Shown here: one piece after another, positions 10,217 through 20,536 of the stretch
Position numbering within the stretch: the first letter of the stretch is position 1
Layout: each line of letters begins with the position of its first letter
NCBI GenBank assembly: GCA_018830645.1
Contig: JAHJSA010000067.1
Span: 10,919-74,918 of the forward strand
Reading direction: 5' to 3'
Source of the DNA: Actinomycetota bacterium
Lineage (GTDB): Bacteria; Actinomycetota; Thermoleophilia; RBG-16-64-13
DNA: 64,000 nucleotides
The notes under the pieces: model-generated
Databases searched by the model: none
Seen by the model: only the letters and a program-made list of their open reading frames with translations
What the model was told of the DNA's origin: nothing
Translations under genes and position numbers: made by a program

Positions 10217-10641
10217 GCGCCCATCCTAGTACGTGAGGGGGGTGGGACCAAGGATTTGGCCGGCTCGTGCCGCGCGGGACAATGTGGGGATGGGATGGTG
10301 ACGGTGCTGTTCACGATGGGTGGAGTGTCGGTCTTCGCAGCCGGATGGGTTTGCTCAGGGGCGGGTTTGCCGTACTTCCTGGGATGCCTCACGTCCGAGG
10401 GGTCCGAGTCCGAGGCGGATGCCGCCAGAATCCAACCAAAGACGTATAGTCGGGCCTCTGGCTTGCCGGTAGCCTCAGCGTTGACTCTGCCGTGGGATCG
10501 ATGGGGCGCGCGGAAGCCCACCTGCATCATGGTGGAGGACCCACGCGAATGCGTGAGAACCGATGTTGAGTGTTTCGATTATTGCGTTTACAGCCAATCC
10601 TGGTATGCTCTGAGTGCTGACAGGAGCGGTCGACCGTAGGA

Positions 10642-11109
10642 GTGCGGGAAATGGGACCTTTGGCCTGTAACGAATTGGAGCAGTTCATCGAACCGGAAGA
10701 GCCCGGCACCCCGGAGAACGAGGAAGTGCTTGAGTTGGCCCGGTTCCTAGCCCTACCTGGGCGACCGCGGTCGGCCTTCCTTGTGAGCGCCGAAGGCGCG
10801 CGGCTCACGCTGCCCGTTCGCGTTTTCGATATTCTGGCGCGGGTGGTCGAGGAAATGGCGCGGGGCAACGTGGTATCCATCGTTCCTGTGCATCACGAAT
10901 TGACCACCCAGGAGGCTGCCGACCTGTTGAATGTGTCGCGACCCCACGTGGTGAAACTGCTGGAGAACGGCGAGATCCCATTCCACTTGGTGGGCACTCA
11001 CCGCCGGGTCCGTTTCGACGACGTGATGGCGTATCGTGAGAAACGGACTGCAAAGCGGCGGACTGCGTTCCGCGAACTCGCCGCGGAGAATGCGAAGCTG
11101 GGACTCTGA
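10642..11109 (+). CDS. Excisionase/MerR-type HTH DNA-binding protein, putative antitoxin of the downstream PIN gene
   Basis: LTTQEAADLLNVSRPHVVKLLENGEIPFHLVGTHRRVRFDDVMAY is a typical excisionase-family HTH. An alternative ATG start lies at 10651. The PIN gene follows 31 nt downstream. Confidence 0.65.
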   Translation: MREMGPLACNELEQFIEPEEPGTPENEEVLELARFLALPGRPRSAFLVSAEGARLTLPVRVFDILARVVEEMARGNVVSIVPVHHELTTQEAADLLNVSRPHVVKLLENGEIPFHLVGTHRRVRFDDVMAYREKRTAKRRTAFRELAAENAKLGL

Positions 11110-11140
11110 GGTGCGCTGAGGCTCGCGAAGGCGCCATTGC

Positions 11141-11731
11141 GTGGCTTTCTCCGCCCTCCTCGATGCCTGTGTGCTCTATCCGGTAGACCTGCGTGATCTC
11201 CTTCTTCGTTTGGCTGAGAAGGGGCTCTTTCGAGTTCTATGGACAGACGAGATCCTGGAAGAGATGCGGCGGAATATCGTGCAGAACCACCCGGGCCTTG
11301 TCCCCCAGCGGCTCGACAGAACCATCGATTTGATGAACCAAGCCTTCGAGGATGCGATCGTAGCGGACTACCACGGGCTTGTCGACGCAATGACCAATCA
11401 TGTCGACGACCGGCATGTTCTAGCCGCGGCCGTTCGAGGGCGGGCGGACGTTATTGTGACAGAGAACCTCAAACACTTCCCGTCAGAAGCCTGCGATCGG
11501 TATGGGATCGACGTCCAGTCGGTGGACGAGTTTCTTCTCTATGCATTTCACCTTGCACCCGGGACGGTCGTGCTCGCAATGAACGAGCAGGTGCAAGATA
11601 ACCGAAGGCCGCTTCAGACGCTCCGTGACTTGCTGGTCCGAGTCGAGCGTGTTGCCCCTGAGTTTGCACAGGCCGCCCAAGAATATGTGGGCCGGGTGTC
11701 CGGTGAGAACAACGAGCTTGGTGAAGTCTAA
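11141..11731 (+). CDS. PIN-domain protein, putative toxin
   Basis: 196 aa. N-terminal LLDACVLYP and C-terminal DRHVLAAAVRGRADVIVTENLKHF are typical acidic PIN motifs. Confidence 0.65.
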   Translation: MAFSALLDACVLYPVDLRDLLLRLAEKGLFRVLWTDEILEEMRRNIVQNHPGLVPQRLDRTIDLMNQAFEDAIVADYHGLVDAMTNHVDDRHVLAAAVRGRADVIVTENLKHFPSEACDRYGIDVQSVDEFLLYAFHLAPGTVVLAMNEQVQDNRRPLQTLRDLLVRVERVAPEFAQAAQEYVGRVSGENNELGEV

Positions 11732-11732
11732 C

Positions 11733-11792
11733 CACACTGTACGCTGGAAGGACGGCGACGCCCTCGATGTCGAGATCGTCGACTACCACTGA
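11733..11792 (+). pseudogene. higB: 3' remnant of a HigB/RelE-family toxin gene
   Basis: Translates to ..HTVRWKDGDALDVEIVDYH*, matching the C-terminus of the intact HigB at 63654-63932 (..CFRWTMAGAEEVEIVDYH*). It starts immediately after the PIN stop codon, and higA follows 12 nt later. Confidence 0.55.
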
Positions 11793-11804
11793 GGGAGGGC
11801 CACG

Positions 11805-12110
11805 ATGGAACAGATGACGCTGGACCCGATCCATCCCGGAGTGATCCTTCTGGAAGAGTTCCTTGAACCCTTCGGCATCAGTCAGTATCGACTCGCCAAG
11901 AGCATCAGCGTGCCTCCGCGGCGCATCAACGAGATCGTGCACGGCAAGCGGTCGATCACGGCCGACACCGCGCTTCGTCTGGCGAGGTTCTTCGGCACCA
12001 GCGAGAGGTTCTGGTTGAACCTCCAGGTCAGGTACGACCTCGAGGTGGAGAAGGGCCGTCTCTCCGGTGTGCTGGAGCGCGACGTTTTGGTGTACCGGGC
12101 TGCCGTGTAG
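11805..12110 (+). CDS. higA: HigA-family XRE-type HTH antitoxin
   Basis: PIHPGVILLEEFLEPFGISQYRLAKSISVPPRRINEIVHGKRSITADTALRLARFFGTSERFWLNLQ is the canonical HigA/VapI sequence. Confidence 0.8.
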   Translation: MEQMTLDPIHPGVILLEEFLEPFGISQYRLAKSISVPPRRINEIVHGKRSITADTALRLARFFGTSERFWLNLQVRYDLEVEKGRLSGVLERDVLVYRAAV

Positions 12111-12194
12111 GGTTGGGGCGATCCGCGGCGGGTTTCCTCCCCGTTCGCGGGCGTGCGACACGAGCCGTCGTAGACGCACCCACCGTTGTTGTCC

Positions 12195-12219
12195 TTGCAT
12201 CTGGTGGCACTAGATGCAA
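12195..12219. promoter_or_regulatory. 8-bp perfect inverted repeat overlapping a putative promoter of the ATPase gene
   Basis: TTGCATCT-n9-AGATGCAA sits in a locally A+T-richer stretch 13 nt upstream of the ATG at 12232. Confidence 0.3.
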
Positions 12220-12231
12220 TAGTACTGACAT

Positions 12232-13380
12232 ATGGTGCGGCGGGACTACTGGATCGATCGGATCGAACGGGCGTGGCAACGTCGGAGCGTCGTCTGGCTC
12301 CACGGTGTCCGCCGGGTCGGCAAGACCACACTCTGCCGGTCTCTGGACGGCGTCGAGTACTTCGATTGCGATCTGCTGTCTGTCCGCGAGCGGCTGCGCG
12401 ATCCGGAGTCCTTTTGGTCTGACCAGCGGGGACGTCGCGTCGTGCTCGACGAGATCCATCACGCGCCCGACCCCTCACTCGTGCTGAAGACCGCAGCCGA
12501 CCACTTCCCCGAAACTCGAGTCATAGCCACTGGGTCTTCGACATTGGCCGCGACGGCGAAGTTCTCGGATTCCCTCACCGGCCGGAAGACCGACATCTGG
12601 CTGACGCCGATGGTGTCGGAGGATCTTGCCGCCTTCGGGGGCACCCTGGACCGACGACTGTGGCAAGGTGGACTGCCCCCGTTCTACCTGGGCGAACCGG
12701 ACGAGATCGGCGCGGATTTCTTCGAGTGGGTCAGCTCGTATTGGGCGCGTGACGTGCAGGAGCTGTTCCGCATCCAGCAGCGCCCGGCCTTCGTGCGGTT
12801 CGTCGAGCTCGTCTTGGCCAGGAGTGGAGGCATGTTCGAAGCAACCGCTTTCGCCGAGGTGTGTGAGGTGAGCCGCACTACCATCCAGAACTACCTTGAG
12901 GTACTGCAGGTGACGGGCGTTGCGTCGGTCTTGCGGCCGTTCTCCTCGCGCCGAACGACGGAGATCGTCTCGGCTCCCAAGGTCTACGGGTTCGACACGG
13001 GGTTCGTCCGGCACGCGAGCGGATGGAGAGACCCTCGGCCTGAGGACTGGGGCACCTTGTGGGAACACTACGTCCTGAATGAGATCCAGGCGCATTGTCC
13101 CGATGTCGAGCTGAAGTACTGGCGCCAGAAGCGCGGGCCTGAAGTCGATTTCGTGCTTGAGCGTCGCGGGCTTCCGCCCATGGCCATTGAGTGCAAGTGG
13201 CGTTCGTCGTCGGCCAGAGATCTACCCGGTCTGCGGGCGTTCAGGGCTCACTACCCGGAAGGCGAGGACCTCGTGGTGTGTTCGGACCTCGAAGGTGGGC
13301 AAACCCGCCGATTGGGCGAGAGATCGATCACGCTCGTGGGTGTGCGGGGTCTGCTCGATGCCCTGAGAAGAGCCGGCTGA
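12232..13380 (+). CDS. AAA ATPase with DUF4143-like C-terminal domain
   Basis: 382 aa. Walker A GVRRVGKTT and Walker B VVLDEIH. The C-terminal half resembles the DUF4143/restriction-endonuclease-like fold family. Confidence 0.7.
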   Translation: MVRRDYWIDRIERAWQRRSVVWLHGVRRVGKTTLCRSLDGVEYFDCDLLSVRERLRDPESFWSDQRGRRVVLDEIHHAPDPSLVLKTAADHFPETRVIATGSSTLAATAKFSDSLTGRKTDIWLTPMVSEDLAAFGGTLDRRLWQGGLPPFYLGEPDEIGADFFEWVSSYWARDVQELFRIQQRPAFVRFVELVLARSGGMFEATAFAEVCEVSRTTIQNYLEVLQVTGVASVLRPFSSRRTTEIVSAPKVYGFDTGFVRHASGWRDPRPEDWGTLWEHYVLNEIQAHCPDVELKYWRQKRGPEVDFVLERRGLPPMAIECKWRSSSARDLPGLRAFRAHYPEGEDLVVCSDLEGGQTRRLGERSITLVGVRGLLDALRRAG

Positions 13381-13629
13381 CCGACCCCGCTGCGCCGCGG
13401 GGTGCACCTGAGCCACGGATTCCGCGGGCGGTACGGCGACCCGGTTGCCATGGGCCGGTCATCACCGCCTCGACTCATCCCAGCCATGCCGGTCCCCAGG
13501 ACATGGGCGATTCCGGCGGGCGTGGGGTACCATGACGCTCTTGGCTCGGACGATCCAGAGTGCGCAGGTGCGACCGTCCGGGCCGTTGGGTGTCCCACCG
13601 GTGCCCCGCGTGGTGTCTGGAGTTGCTTG

Positions 13630-14220
13630 ATGGCGAGGATCACAAGAGCGAGACCGAACAGGCGTATGCTGCGTCTCGCGGCTGTGGTCGCGTTGCTGCT
13701 GGCGGTCGCGCTGGGCGTGCGTCAGCTCGCCTGCTCGGGCGGCGGGACAGCAGCGTCGGGCGGGACGACGAACCCGGCCGGCGGCACGCCGGTCGAGATG
13801 AGTGTCGGCGTGGGCGAACCGTTCACCGTCTCGGGAATGACGGTGGTGATCACGAGCTTCTATCCCGCCAACACTCCGACCCTGCCTCGGTGGCCGGTCG
13901 ACACCGGCCCGCCGCCTGGTTTGGGCGCCGGGCAGGCGTACTACCAGGCGTTCGGTCGCGCCTCGAACGATGGCGACGTCGTGGTGCGCATCGATCCGCT
14001 CCAGTTTGCCCTGGACACCGGTGGGACTCCGGCCGGAGCTGAGCCTACCCTCACCGGGCCCGGCCCGCGGTCGCTCCTCAAAGGGGCCTCTTTCGACTTC
14101 ATCGTGACGTTCCGCGGCCCCGCGGGCATGAAGCCGAAGATGACGTTCCGGCCACCGGACGGAGGCACTGTGGTCATCGAGGGTCTTCGGTTGCCGGAGG
14201 GGATGATCGGGTCGCCGTGA
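13630..14220 (+). CDS. Secreted lipoprotein, unknown function
   Basis: Internal ATG of ORF 13402-14220. Signal peptide plus lipobox: RRMLRLAAVVALLLAVALGVRQLAC. Confidence 0.55.
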   Translation: MARITRARPNRRMLRLAAVVALLLAVALGVRQLACSGGGTAASGGTTNPAGGTPVEMSVGVGEPFTVSGMTVVITSFYPANTPTLPRWPVDTGPPPGLGAGQAYYQAFGRASNDGDVVVRIDPLQFALDTGGTPAGAEPTLTGPGPRSLLKGASFDFIVTFRGPAGMKPKMTFRPPDGGTVVIEGLRLPEGMIGSP

Positions 14221-14648
14221 TCTCCGAGCGATCGTTCTGGCTCGTCATCGTAGGAGCCGCGATAGCCTGTGTCGCCGCCTACGCCTTCTACTTCGCTCAG
14301 CCCGAGGTGTTGCTCGATGGGTCGCGTATCGACTCCTACGCCTACGGCCCCGAAGGGACGAACATCCGCGAGTTCGAGGTGCATGCGCGTACCGGCGACG
14401 ACGGCTTCGTCGATCACGTGCTCGCTTCCGTGAACACGGCTGCCTTGTCCAACGTGCCTGTGGTGCGCCGAGAGGGTGGGCTGCTGCTCGTGCTGTTCCG
14501 GGAAGACGGGCTGCAGTATCACCTCGTCGAAGGGGACGACACACACGTGGGCATCTCAGAGGGCGACGGCAGCTACCTCGGCTCCTTGGAATCGAGGGAG
14601 CTCGCGCTGGTGATGGCGGCCCTCGCCGCCGAGATGGACGCCCGATGA
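14217..14648 (+). CDS. Hypothetical membrane-anchored protein
   Basis: 143-aa ORF with one N-terminal TM segment (FWLVIVGAAIACVAAYAFYF). It overlaps the upstream stop by 4 nt. Confidence 0.45.
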   Translation: MISERSFWLVIVGAAIACVAAYAFYFAQPEVLLDGSRIDSYAYGPEGTNIREFEVHARTGDDGFVDHVLASVNTAALSNVPVVRREGGLLLVLFREDGLQYHLVEGDDTHVGISEGDGSYLGSLESRELALVMAALAAEMDAR

Positions 14649-14684
14649 CGGCTTTCGTTGCCGAGGTGGACGCCCGATGACGGC
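14635..14684. repeat. 32-bp-period duplication of a stop/start (ATGA) junction
   Basis: tggacgcccgatgacggc occurs at 14635-14652 and again at 14667-14684. The first copy holds the TGA of the upstream gene, the second the ATG of the downstream gene. Confidence 0.8.
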
Positions 14685-15054
14685 CTTCGCCGCCCCGGGC
14701 CCCGAGGCGCCTACCGCCGGCGGAACCATAGAGCCTCCCGCCTCCGTCCCGGGGCCGCCCATCGCCTCCGGCGCCGCGGAGCCCGCCACCTCGGGCTGGT
14801 GGAACGGCCGGCGCCGGCGGGTGGCACTCGCGGCGCTGGCGCTCCTACTCGTAGCGGCGGTGGGTCACTGGGCCTACCGCATCTACGACCCAGGGCCGGA
14901 TCTCGCCCTCGAGAACCTCGCCCAACTTCAGGTGGCCCACGAAGGCTGGGTGGACGTAGACCCCTCGGGGCCGGCCGGTGAGTCGGTGGCCCGCTTCTTC
15001 TCGGCCGCGGCCGAGGCCCGCGCGCTGTGGCCGCCCGATCTGCTCTTCGAATGA
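14677..15054 (+). CDS. Hypothetical membrane-anchored protein
   Basis: 125-aa ORF with a Pro/Ala-rich N-terminus followed by a TM segment (VALAALALLLVAAVGHW). Confidence 0.45.
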   Translation: MTAFAAPGPEAPTAGGTIEPPASVPGPPIASGAAEPATSGWWNGRRRRVALAALALLLVAAVGHWAYRIYDPGPDLALENLAQLQVAHEGWVDVDPSGPAGESVARFFSAAAEARALWPPDLLFE

Positions 15055-15075
15055 ACCACTCCTCCGGGGGTCCGG

Positions 15076-15255
15076 GTGACCCTCCACGACGGCCGTGTGT
15101 TCCTGTTCTCCGAAGTGGCGGCCACCTTGGAGCCCGACTGGGTGAAGTACCAGCACCGCGAAGCCGACGGTGCTCCGGAGGCCGGATACGTGAGGTCGGC
15201 CGAGCTGACCGAGGCGCTGAGAGCGCTCGTCGCGGAGGGCGGCGAGTCGGGGTAG
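15076..15255 (+). CDS. Small hypothetical protein (59 aa)
   Basis: GTG-initiated ORF below the track cutoff (VTLHDGRVFLFSEVAATLEPDWVKYQHRE...). Its third-position G+C looks like that of coding regions. Confidence 0.3.
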   Translation: MTLHDGRVFLFSEVAATLEPDWVKYQHREADGAPEAGYVRSAELTEALRALVAEGGESG

Positions 15256-15375
15256 CGCTCTGCGTGCGGAGGCGGCGTCAGACCGGGACTGCCCCGCTGC
15301 GTGCAGTGGCGCGCCCGGCGCGAAGCGTCTATCATTGCCACCCGCCGGAGCTTCGGCCAAGGAGGAGCGTTCCAG

Positions 15376-15777
15376 ATGTTCTCGAAGATCGATCACCTCG
15401 GCATCGCCGTCCCCGACCTTGACGCCGCCCTCGTCCTGTACGAAGGCGGGTTCGCGCTGCGCGTGCACCACAGGGAGATCCTGGAAGACCAGGGGGTCGA
15501 AGCCGTGGCCCTCGAGATCGGGGAGACCACGATCGAACTCCTACGGCCCATCCGCGACGATTCCCCCATCGCCCGCTTCCTGGCCGACAAGGGTGCGGGC
15601 ATGCACCACATCGCCTACGCGGTGGACGACATCGAAGGCGCACTTGCGAGACTGAAGGCGGAGGGTGTCCGCTTGGTGGACGAGACCCCGCGCATCGGCC
15701 TCGCCGGGTCACGCATCGCGTTCCTGCATCCGAAGAGCACCTTCGGGGTACTGTCCGAGCTGGTCCAGCGGGGCTGA
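15376..15777 (+). CDS. mce: Methylmalonyl-CoA epimerase (VOC/glyoxalase family)
   Basis: MFSKIDHLGIAVPDLDAAL...GAGMHHIAYAVDDIEGAL...IAFLHPKSTFGVLSELVQ. Located next to the mutase gene. Confidence 0.8.
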   Translation: MFSKIDHLGIAVPDLDAALVLYEGGFALRVHHREILEDQGVEAVALEIGETTIELLRPIRDDSPIARFLADKGAGMHHIAYAVDDIEGALARLKAEGVRLVDETPRIGLAGSRIAFLHPKSTFGVLSELVQRG

Positions 15778-15804
15778 GGCCCGCCTTCACGGGAAGGGGG
15801 AGAT

Positions 15805-17424
15805 GTGGCTAAGGACGAGTTGACTCCGGGCGGTCCGAGCGCCCGTTTCACCGATTCGGGAGTCGAATTCCGGCCGGAGTACACGTGGGCCGACGTAGCC
15901 GATAAGGACTGGGAAGCCGATGTCGGCTCGGCGGGCGAGTTCCCGTTCACGCGCGGCGTGTACCCGTCGATGTATCGGGGCCGTCTCTGGACCATGCGCC
16001 AGTACGCCGGCTTCGCGTCGGCCGAGGAATCGAACCGCCGCTATCACTATCTGCTCGAGCGGGGCCAGACCGGGCTCTCGGTAGCCTTCGACCTGCCCAC
16101 CCAGATGGGGTACGACTCGGATCATCCCCTGTCCGAGGGCGAGGTGGGCAAGGTAGGGGTGGCCATCGACTCGCTGCGCGACATGGAGGCCCTGTTCGAG
16201 GGCATCCCGCTCGACAAGGTGTCGACCTCCATGACCATCAACTCGCCGGCGGCGGTCCTGCTGCTCATGTACGAGTTGGTGGCCGAGAAGCAGGGCGTGG
16301 ACACCCGCAGGCTCCGGGGCACGATCCAGAACGACATCCTCAAGGAGTACGTCGCCCGCGGCACCTACATCTTCCCGCCGGCGCCGTCGATGCGCATCAT
16401 CACCGATATTTTCGCCTACTGTCAGGCGAACCTGCCGAATTGGAACACCATCTCGATCTCCGGGTACCACATCAGGGAAGCGGGCTCGTCGGCGGCGGAG
16501 GAACTTGCCTTCACGCTGGCGAACGGCATCGCCTACGTCAAGGCGGCCGTCGAGGCGGGCCTGCAGGTGGACGCGTTCGCCGGCCAGCTCTCCTTCTTCT
16601 TCAACGCGCACAACAACCTGCTCGAGGAAGTCGCCAAGTACCGGGCGGCGCGGCGCATGTGGGCCGACATCATGCGCGACCGCTTCGGCGCTACCGATCC
16701 AAAGAGCCAGATGCTCCGCTTCCACACCCAGACGGCGGGTTGCACGTTGACGGCCCAGCAACCGCACAACAACGTGGTGCGGGTGGCGCTCCAGGCGCTC
16801 GCGGCCGTGCTGGGAGGCACGCAGTCCCTGCACACCAACTCCTTCGACGAGGCGCTCGCGCTGCCCTCCGACGAGTCGGTGGCCATCGCCCTTCGCACCC
16901 AGCAGATCATCGGGTACGAGTCGGGGGTGGCCGACATCCCCGACCCACTGGCCGGCTCCTTCGCGGTGGAGACGCTCACCGACGACATCCAAGCCAAGGC
17001 CCAGGAACTCATGGACGAGATCGACCGGTTGGGCGGCGCCGTGAAGGCCATCGAGCAGGGCTTCATGCAGCGCGCCATCGAGGATTCAGCCTACGAGTAT
17101 CAGCGCGCCATCGAGCGGGGCGACCGCGTCGTCGTGGGCTTGAACAAGTTCGCGTCGGGCGAGAAGCCATGCATCGCCCTGCATCGAGTCGACCCGTCGG
17201 TTCAGGCGCTGCAAGAGCGGCGATTGGCCGTTCTGAGGGAGGAGCGGGACCAGGCGGCGGTGGATGCGGCTCTCGAGCGGATGCGCGAGGCGGCGCGTTC
17301 GTCGGACAACCTGCTCTATCCGATGAAGGAGGCACTGCGCGCCTACGCGACGTTGGGAGAGATCGCGGGCGTGTTGCGTCAGGAGTTCGGGGAGTTCAAG
17401 GGCGGCGGATCGTTGCACATCTGA
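15805..17424 (+). CDS. Methylmalonyl-CoA mutase, catalytic (N-terminal) subunit
   Basis: 539 aa. [25 protein letters not shown] and [17 protein letters not shown]. No B12-binding domain is fused. Confidence 0.85.
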   Translation: MAKDELTPGGPSARFTDSGVEFRPEYTWADVADKDWEADVGSAGEFPFTRGVYPSMYRGRLWTMRQYAGFASAEESNRRYHYLLERGQTGLSVAFDLPTQMGYDSDHPLSEGEVGKVGVAIDSLRDMEALFEGIPLDKVSTSMTINSPAAVLLLMYELVAEKQGVDTRRLRGTIQNDILKEYVARGTYIFPPAPSMRIITDIFAYCQANLPNWNTISISGYHIREAGSSAAEELAFTLANGIAYVKAAVEAGLQVDAFAGQLSFFFNAHNNLLEEVAKYRAARRMWADIMRDRFGATDPKSQMLRFHTQTAGCTLTAQQPHNNVVRVALQALAAVLGGTQSLHTNSFDEALALPSDESVAIALRTQQIIGYESGVADIPDPLAGSFAVETLTDDIQAKAQELMDEIDRLGGAVKAIEQGFMQRAIEDSAYEYQRAIERGDRVVVGLNKFASGEKPCIALHRVDPSVQALQERRLAVLREERDQAAVDAALERMREAARSSDNLLYPMKEALRAYATLGEIAGVLRQEFGEFKGGGSLHI

Positions 17425-17505
17425 TCGACACGTCGTCACGGGCCGGCAGGGTGCCACTGGGCGACCAGCCGCGGGGACGAGGACATCGACATCGGGGGTC
17501 TTCGG

Positions 17506-18657
17506 ATGGATCTGTACGAGTATCAGGGCAAGGAGCTCTTCGCCACGGTGGGCCTTCCCGTGCCCCGCGGCATGGTCGCCGTGACGCCGGAGGAGGCCAA
17601 GGCGGCCGCGGCGCAGATCGGCGGCAGGGTCGTGGTGAAGGCCCAGGTGCAGGTGGGCGGCCGAGGCAAGGCCGGCGGCGTGAAGTTGGCCGACGGCCCC
17701 GCCGAGGCGCGGTCCGTCGCCGAGCAGATCATCGGCATGGACATCCACGGACACACCGTGCACCGCGTGCTGGTGGAGGAGGCGTCCGACATCGCGCGCG
17801 AGATGTACGCGGCGCTGATACTCGACCGGGGAGCGAAGAAGGTGCTCGCCATGCTCTCGGGCATCGGCGGCATGGACATCGAGCAGGTCGCGCACGAGCA
17901 TCCCGAGGCGCTGAGCCGGGTGTGGGTGGATCCCTTGGCGGGATGGAGTGACTACGTCTCGCGCCGCCTGTGCTTCGGCGCGGGTCTCGGAGCCGAACTC
18001 GTGCGACCGATGAGCGATGTCTTCACCAAGCTGTGGGACGCCTTCACGCGCTACGAGGCCACGCTGGTCGAAGTCAACCCCCTCATCCTCACCGCGGATG
18101 GGCGTCTCGTGGCGCTCGACTCCAAGTTCTCGGTGGACAACAACAGCCTCTACCGCCAGCCGGCCGTGGCTGCCATGCGCGACGTCGAAGCCGCCGATCC
18201 CCAGGAGCAGATGGCTCTGGAGCGGGGCGTCACCTACGTGAAGCTTGACGGCGATATCGGCGTGCTCGGCAACGGCGCCGGTCTGGTCATGAGCACGCTC
18301 GACGTGGTGGCCGACGCCGGTGGTGCGCCGGCGAACTTCCTCGATGTGGGCGGCGGCGCCAAGGCGGAAGAGATCGTCAGTGCGCTCGAGGTCATCACCT
18401 CTGACCCCAAGGTGAAGGCTATCTTCTTCAACATCTTCGGTGGCATCACCCGCTGCGACGAGGTGGCCAACGGTGTGCTCACCGCGGTCGCGCAGATGGG
18501 CATCACGATGCCCATCGTGGTGCGGCTGGACGGCACGCACGATGTGGAAGGCCGCGAGATCCTCGCCCAAGCCGACGTGCCCAACCTGTTCGTGGAGGCC
18601 ACCATGCTCGCCGCCGCCGACAAGGCCGTAGCGCTGGCCGCCGGGAGGGAGAGCTGA
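17506..18657 (+). CDS. sucC: Succinyl-CoA synthetase beta subunit
   Basis: [12 protein letters not shown]... ATP-grasp fold. The stop overlaps the sucD start (ATGA-type overlap). Confidence 0.95.
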   Translation: MDLYEYQGKELFATVGLPVPRGMVAVTPEEAKAAAAQIGGRVVVKAQVQVGGRGKAGGVKLADGPAEARSVAEQIIGMDIHGHTVHRVLVEEASDIAREMYAALILDRGAKKVLAMLSGIGGMDIEQVAHEHPEALSRVWVDPLAGWSDYVSRRLCFGAGLGAELVRPMSDVFTKLWDAFTRYEATLVEVNPLILTADGRLVALDSKFSVDNNSLYRQPAVAAMRDVEAADPQEQMALERGVTYVKLDGDIGVLGNGAGLVMSTLDVVADAGGAPANFLDVGGGAKAEEIVSALEVITSDPKVKAIFFNIFGGITRCDEVANGVLTAVAQMGITMPIVVRLDGTHDVEGREILAQADVPNLFVEATMLAAADKAVALAAGRES

Positions 18658-19532
18658 TGGCCATCCTCATCGACAAAGGCACCAAGCTCGTGGTGCAGGG
18701 CCTCACCGGGCGTGAGGGCTCCTTCCACGCGCTCCGTAACCGCGCGTACGGCACCCAGGTGGTGGCCGGCGTCACCCCCGGCAAGAGCGGGCAAGACGTG
18801 GAGGGTATCCCCATCTTCGACACCATGCGCGACGCCGTCGAGAGCACCGGCGCCGACGTCTCCCTGATCTTCGTGCCGCCGCGGTTCGCGGCCGACGCCA
18901 TGTACGAGGCCATCGACAGCGGCGTGCGTCTCATCGTGACCATCACCGAGGGTATCCCCGCGCACGAGATGCTGAAGGTGTACAACTACCTGCGGGCCAA
19001 GGGCGTAGCCATGATCGGCCCGAACTGCCCGGGTATCATCTCACCAGGGAAGGCCAACGTGGGCATCATGCCTCCCCAGATCTTCCTGCCGGGTGGCGTG
19101 GGTCTGGTCAGCCGCTCCGGCACACTCACCTACCAGATCGCGAACGAGCTCACCCAGAAGGGTCTGGGCCAGTCAACCGCCGTGGGCATCGGGGGCGACC
19201 CCATCGTAGGCTCGAGCTTCATCGACATCCTCGCCCGCTTCCAGGCCGATCCCGAGACCAAGGTGATCGCCATGGTGGGCGAGATCGGCGGGAACGAGGA
19301 GGAGCAGGCGGCGGAGTTCATCACGCGCGAGGTTACGAAGCCGGTTGTGGCCTACATCGCCGGCTTCACGGCGCCCCCCGGCAAACAGATGGGCCATGCC
19401 GGGGCCATCATCTCGGGCACTTCGGGCACCGCGGGAGCGAAGAAGGAAGCCCTCGAGGCGGTGGGCATACGGGTGGGAGTGAACCCTACCCAGGTGGCAG
19501 CTCTCGTTCAGGAGGCCGTGGCGGAGCTGTGA
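18657..19532 (+). CDS. sucD: Succinyl-CoA synthetase alpha subunit
   Basis: [31 protein letters not shown]. Confidence 0.95.
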   Translation: MAILIDKGTKLVVQGLTGREGSFHALRNRAYGTQVVAGVTPGKSGQDVEGIPIFDTMRDAVESTGADVSLIFVPPRFAADAMYEAIDSGVRLIVTITEGIPAHEMLKVYNYLRAKGVAMIGPNCPGIISPGKANVGIMPPQIFLPGGVGLVSRSGTLTYQIANELTQKGLGQSTAVGIGGDPIVGSSFIDILARFQADPETKVIAMVGEIGGNEEEQAAEFITREVTKPVVAYIAGFTAPPGKQMGHAGAIISGTSGTAGAKKEALEAVGIRVGVNPTQVAALVQEAVAEL

Positions 19533-19711
19533 AGGGGCATCGATGTGCGTCCCCGAATGGGTGCCGAGCCGCAGCTGGGCGACGGCATAGCCATGTGCGT
19601 CGTGCTCAAGGTGCGCGACGATCTCCACCGCAGGGTCGCCGGGGTACACGGGCATGCCCGAGCCCATCGGCCGGGTGAGGTCTATGGGGTCGGAGGCCGG
19701 CGGGCGCTCCA

Positions 19712-20536
19712 TCAAGCGGGAGGCAGCGGCGCGACAACCGAACCGTAGAGGTCCGGCCGCCGGTCGCGCAACTGAGATCCTTCTCCACTCCGGGCCACGG
19801 CGGTCTCTGCCAGGTCGACCGTCCCCACGAGAACGCCGTCGGCCTCGTCGTCGAGGTAGGTGACGAGACGACCCCAGCAATCGACGAGCCGAGATCGGCC
19901 GGAGAACACCGAGGTGACGTCCGTGCCGGTGCGGTTGACCCCGAGCACCGGGATCACGTTCTCGAACGCCCGCGCCTGAATGACCGTCTCCCAGTCGGGA
20001 CCGTACGGGTCTTCCCAGGCCGCCACGACCACGAGGATGTCCGCTCCGGCGAGCGCCAGCACCCTGGCCGCTTCCGGCATCGCGGAATCCCAGCAGATCA
20101 GGACGCCGAGGCGACCCACCGTCGTCTCGTACACGGGCAGATCGTCGCCGTTCTCGAAGAAGGGGCGCTCCCGGTCGAGGCAATGGGTCTTGCGGTACGA
20201 GCCCACGAAGGCGCCGTCGGCGTCGATGACAGCTGCCGAGTCGTAGAGGGTGTCGTCCTGGTCCGTGCTCTCCGCGTACCCCACCACCAGGATCGTCTCC
20301 AGCTCCTTGGCCAGAGAAGAGAGCCTCTGGAACTCGGGCGCCGTTGGCCAGGTCTGGGCCAGGTCGCGGAACGCGTCCCCGCAGTCATAGCCCGACAGCG
20401 CCAGCTCGGGGAAGGCCAACAGTTGCAGACCAGGGTATCGGGCCTTGGTGTCGCGGGCGATCCGCTCCACTTTTTCCAGGTTGGCGGCGGCGTCGCCCAG
20501 CACCGTCGCAAGCTGTGCTCCACCCACTTGGATCAT
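19712..20536 (-). CDS. Carbon-nitrogen hydrolase (nitrilase superfamily)
   Basis: 274 aa. FPELALSGY, YRKTH and GVLICWD supply the Glu-Lys-Cys triad context. Confidence 0.8.
   Translation of the reverse strand: MIQVGGAQLATVLGDAAANLEKVERIARDTKARYPGLQLLAFPELALSGYDCGDAFRDLAQTWPTAPEFQRLSSLAKELETILVVGYAESTDQDDTLYDSAAVIDADGAFVGSYRKTHCLDRERPFFENGDDLPVYETTVGRLGVLICWDSAMPEAARVLALAGADILVVVAAWEDPYGPDWETVIQARAFENVIPVLGVNRTGTDVTSVFSGRSRLVDCWGRLVTYLDDEADGVLVGTVDLAETAVARSGEGSQLRDRRPDLYGSVVAPLPPA

Noticed and set aside
10217-10641. A small hydrophobic ORF (MVTVLFTMGGVSVFAAGWVCSG...) and a candidate promoter in the gap between the helicase and the HTH gene.
   Set aside because: The ORF is the tail of a long shadow frame with no stop-bounded small gene. 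The promoter guesses (TTGCGT-16-TATGCT) are weak. Left unannotated.
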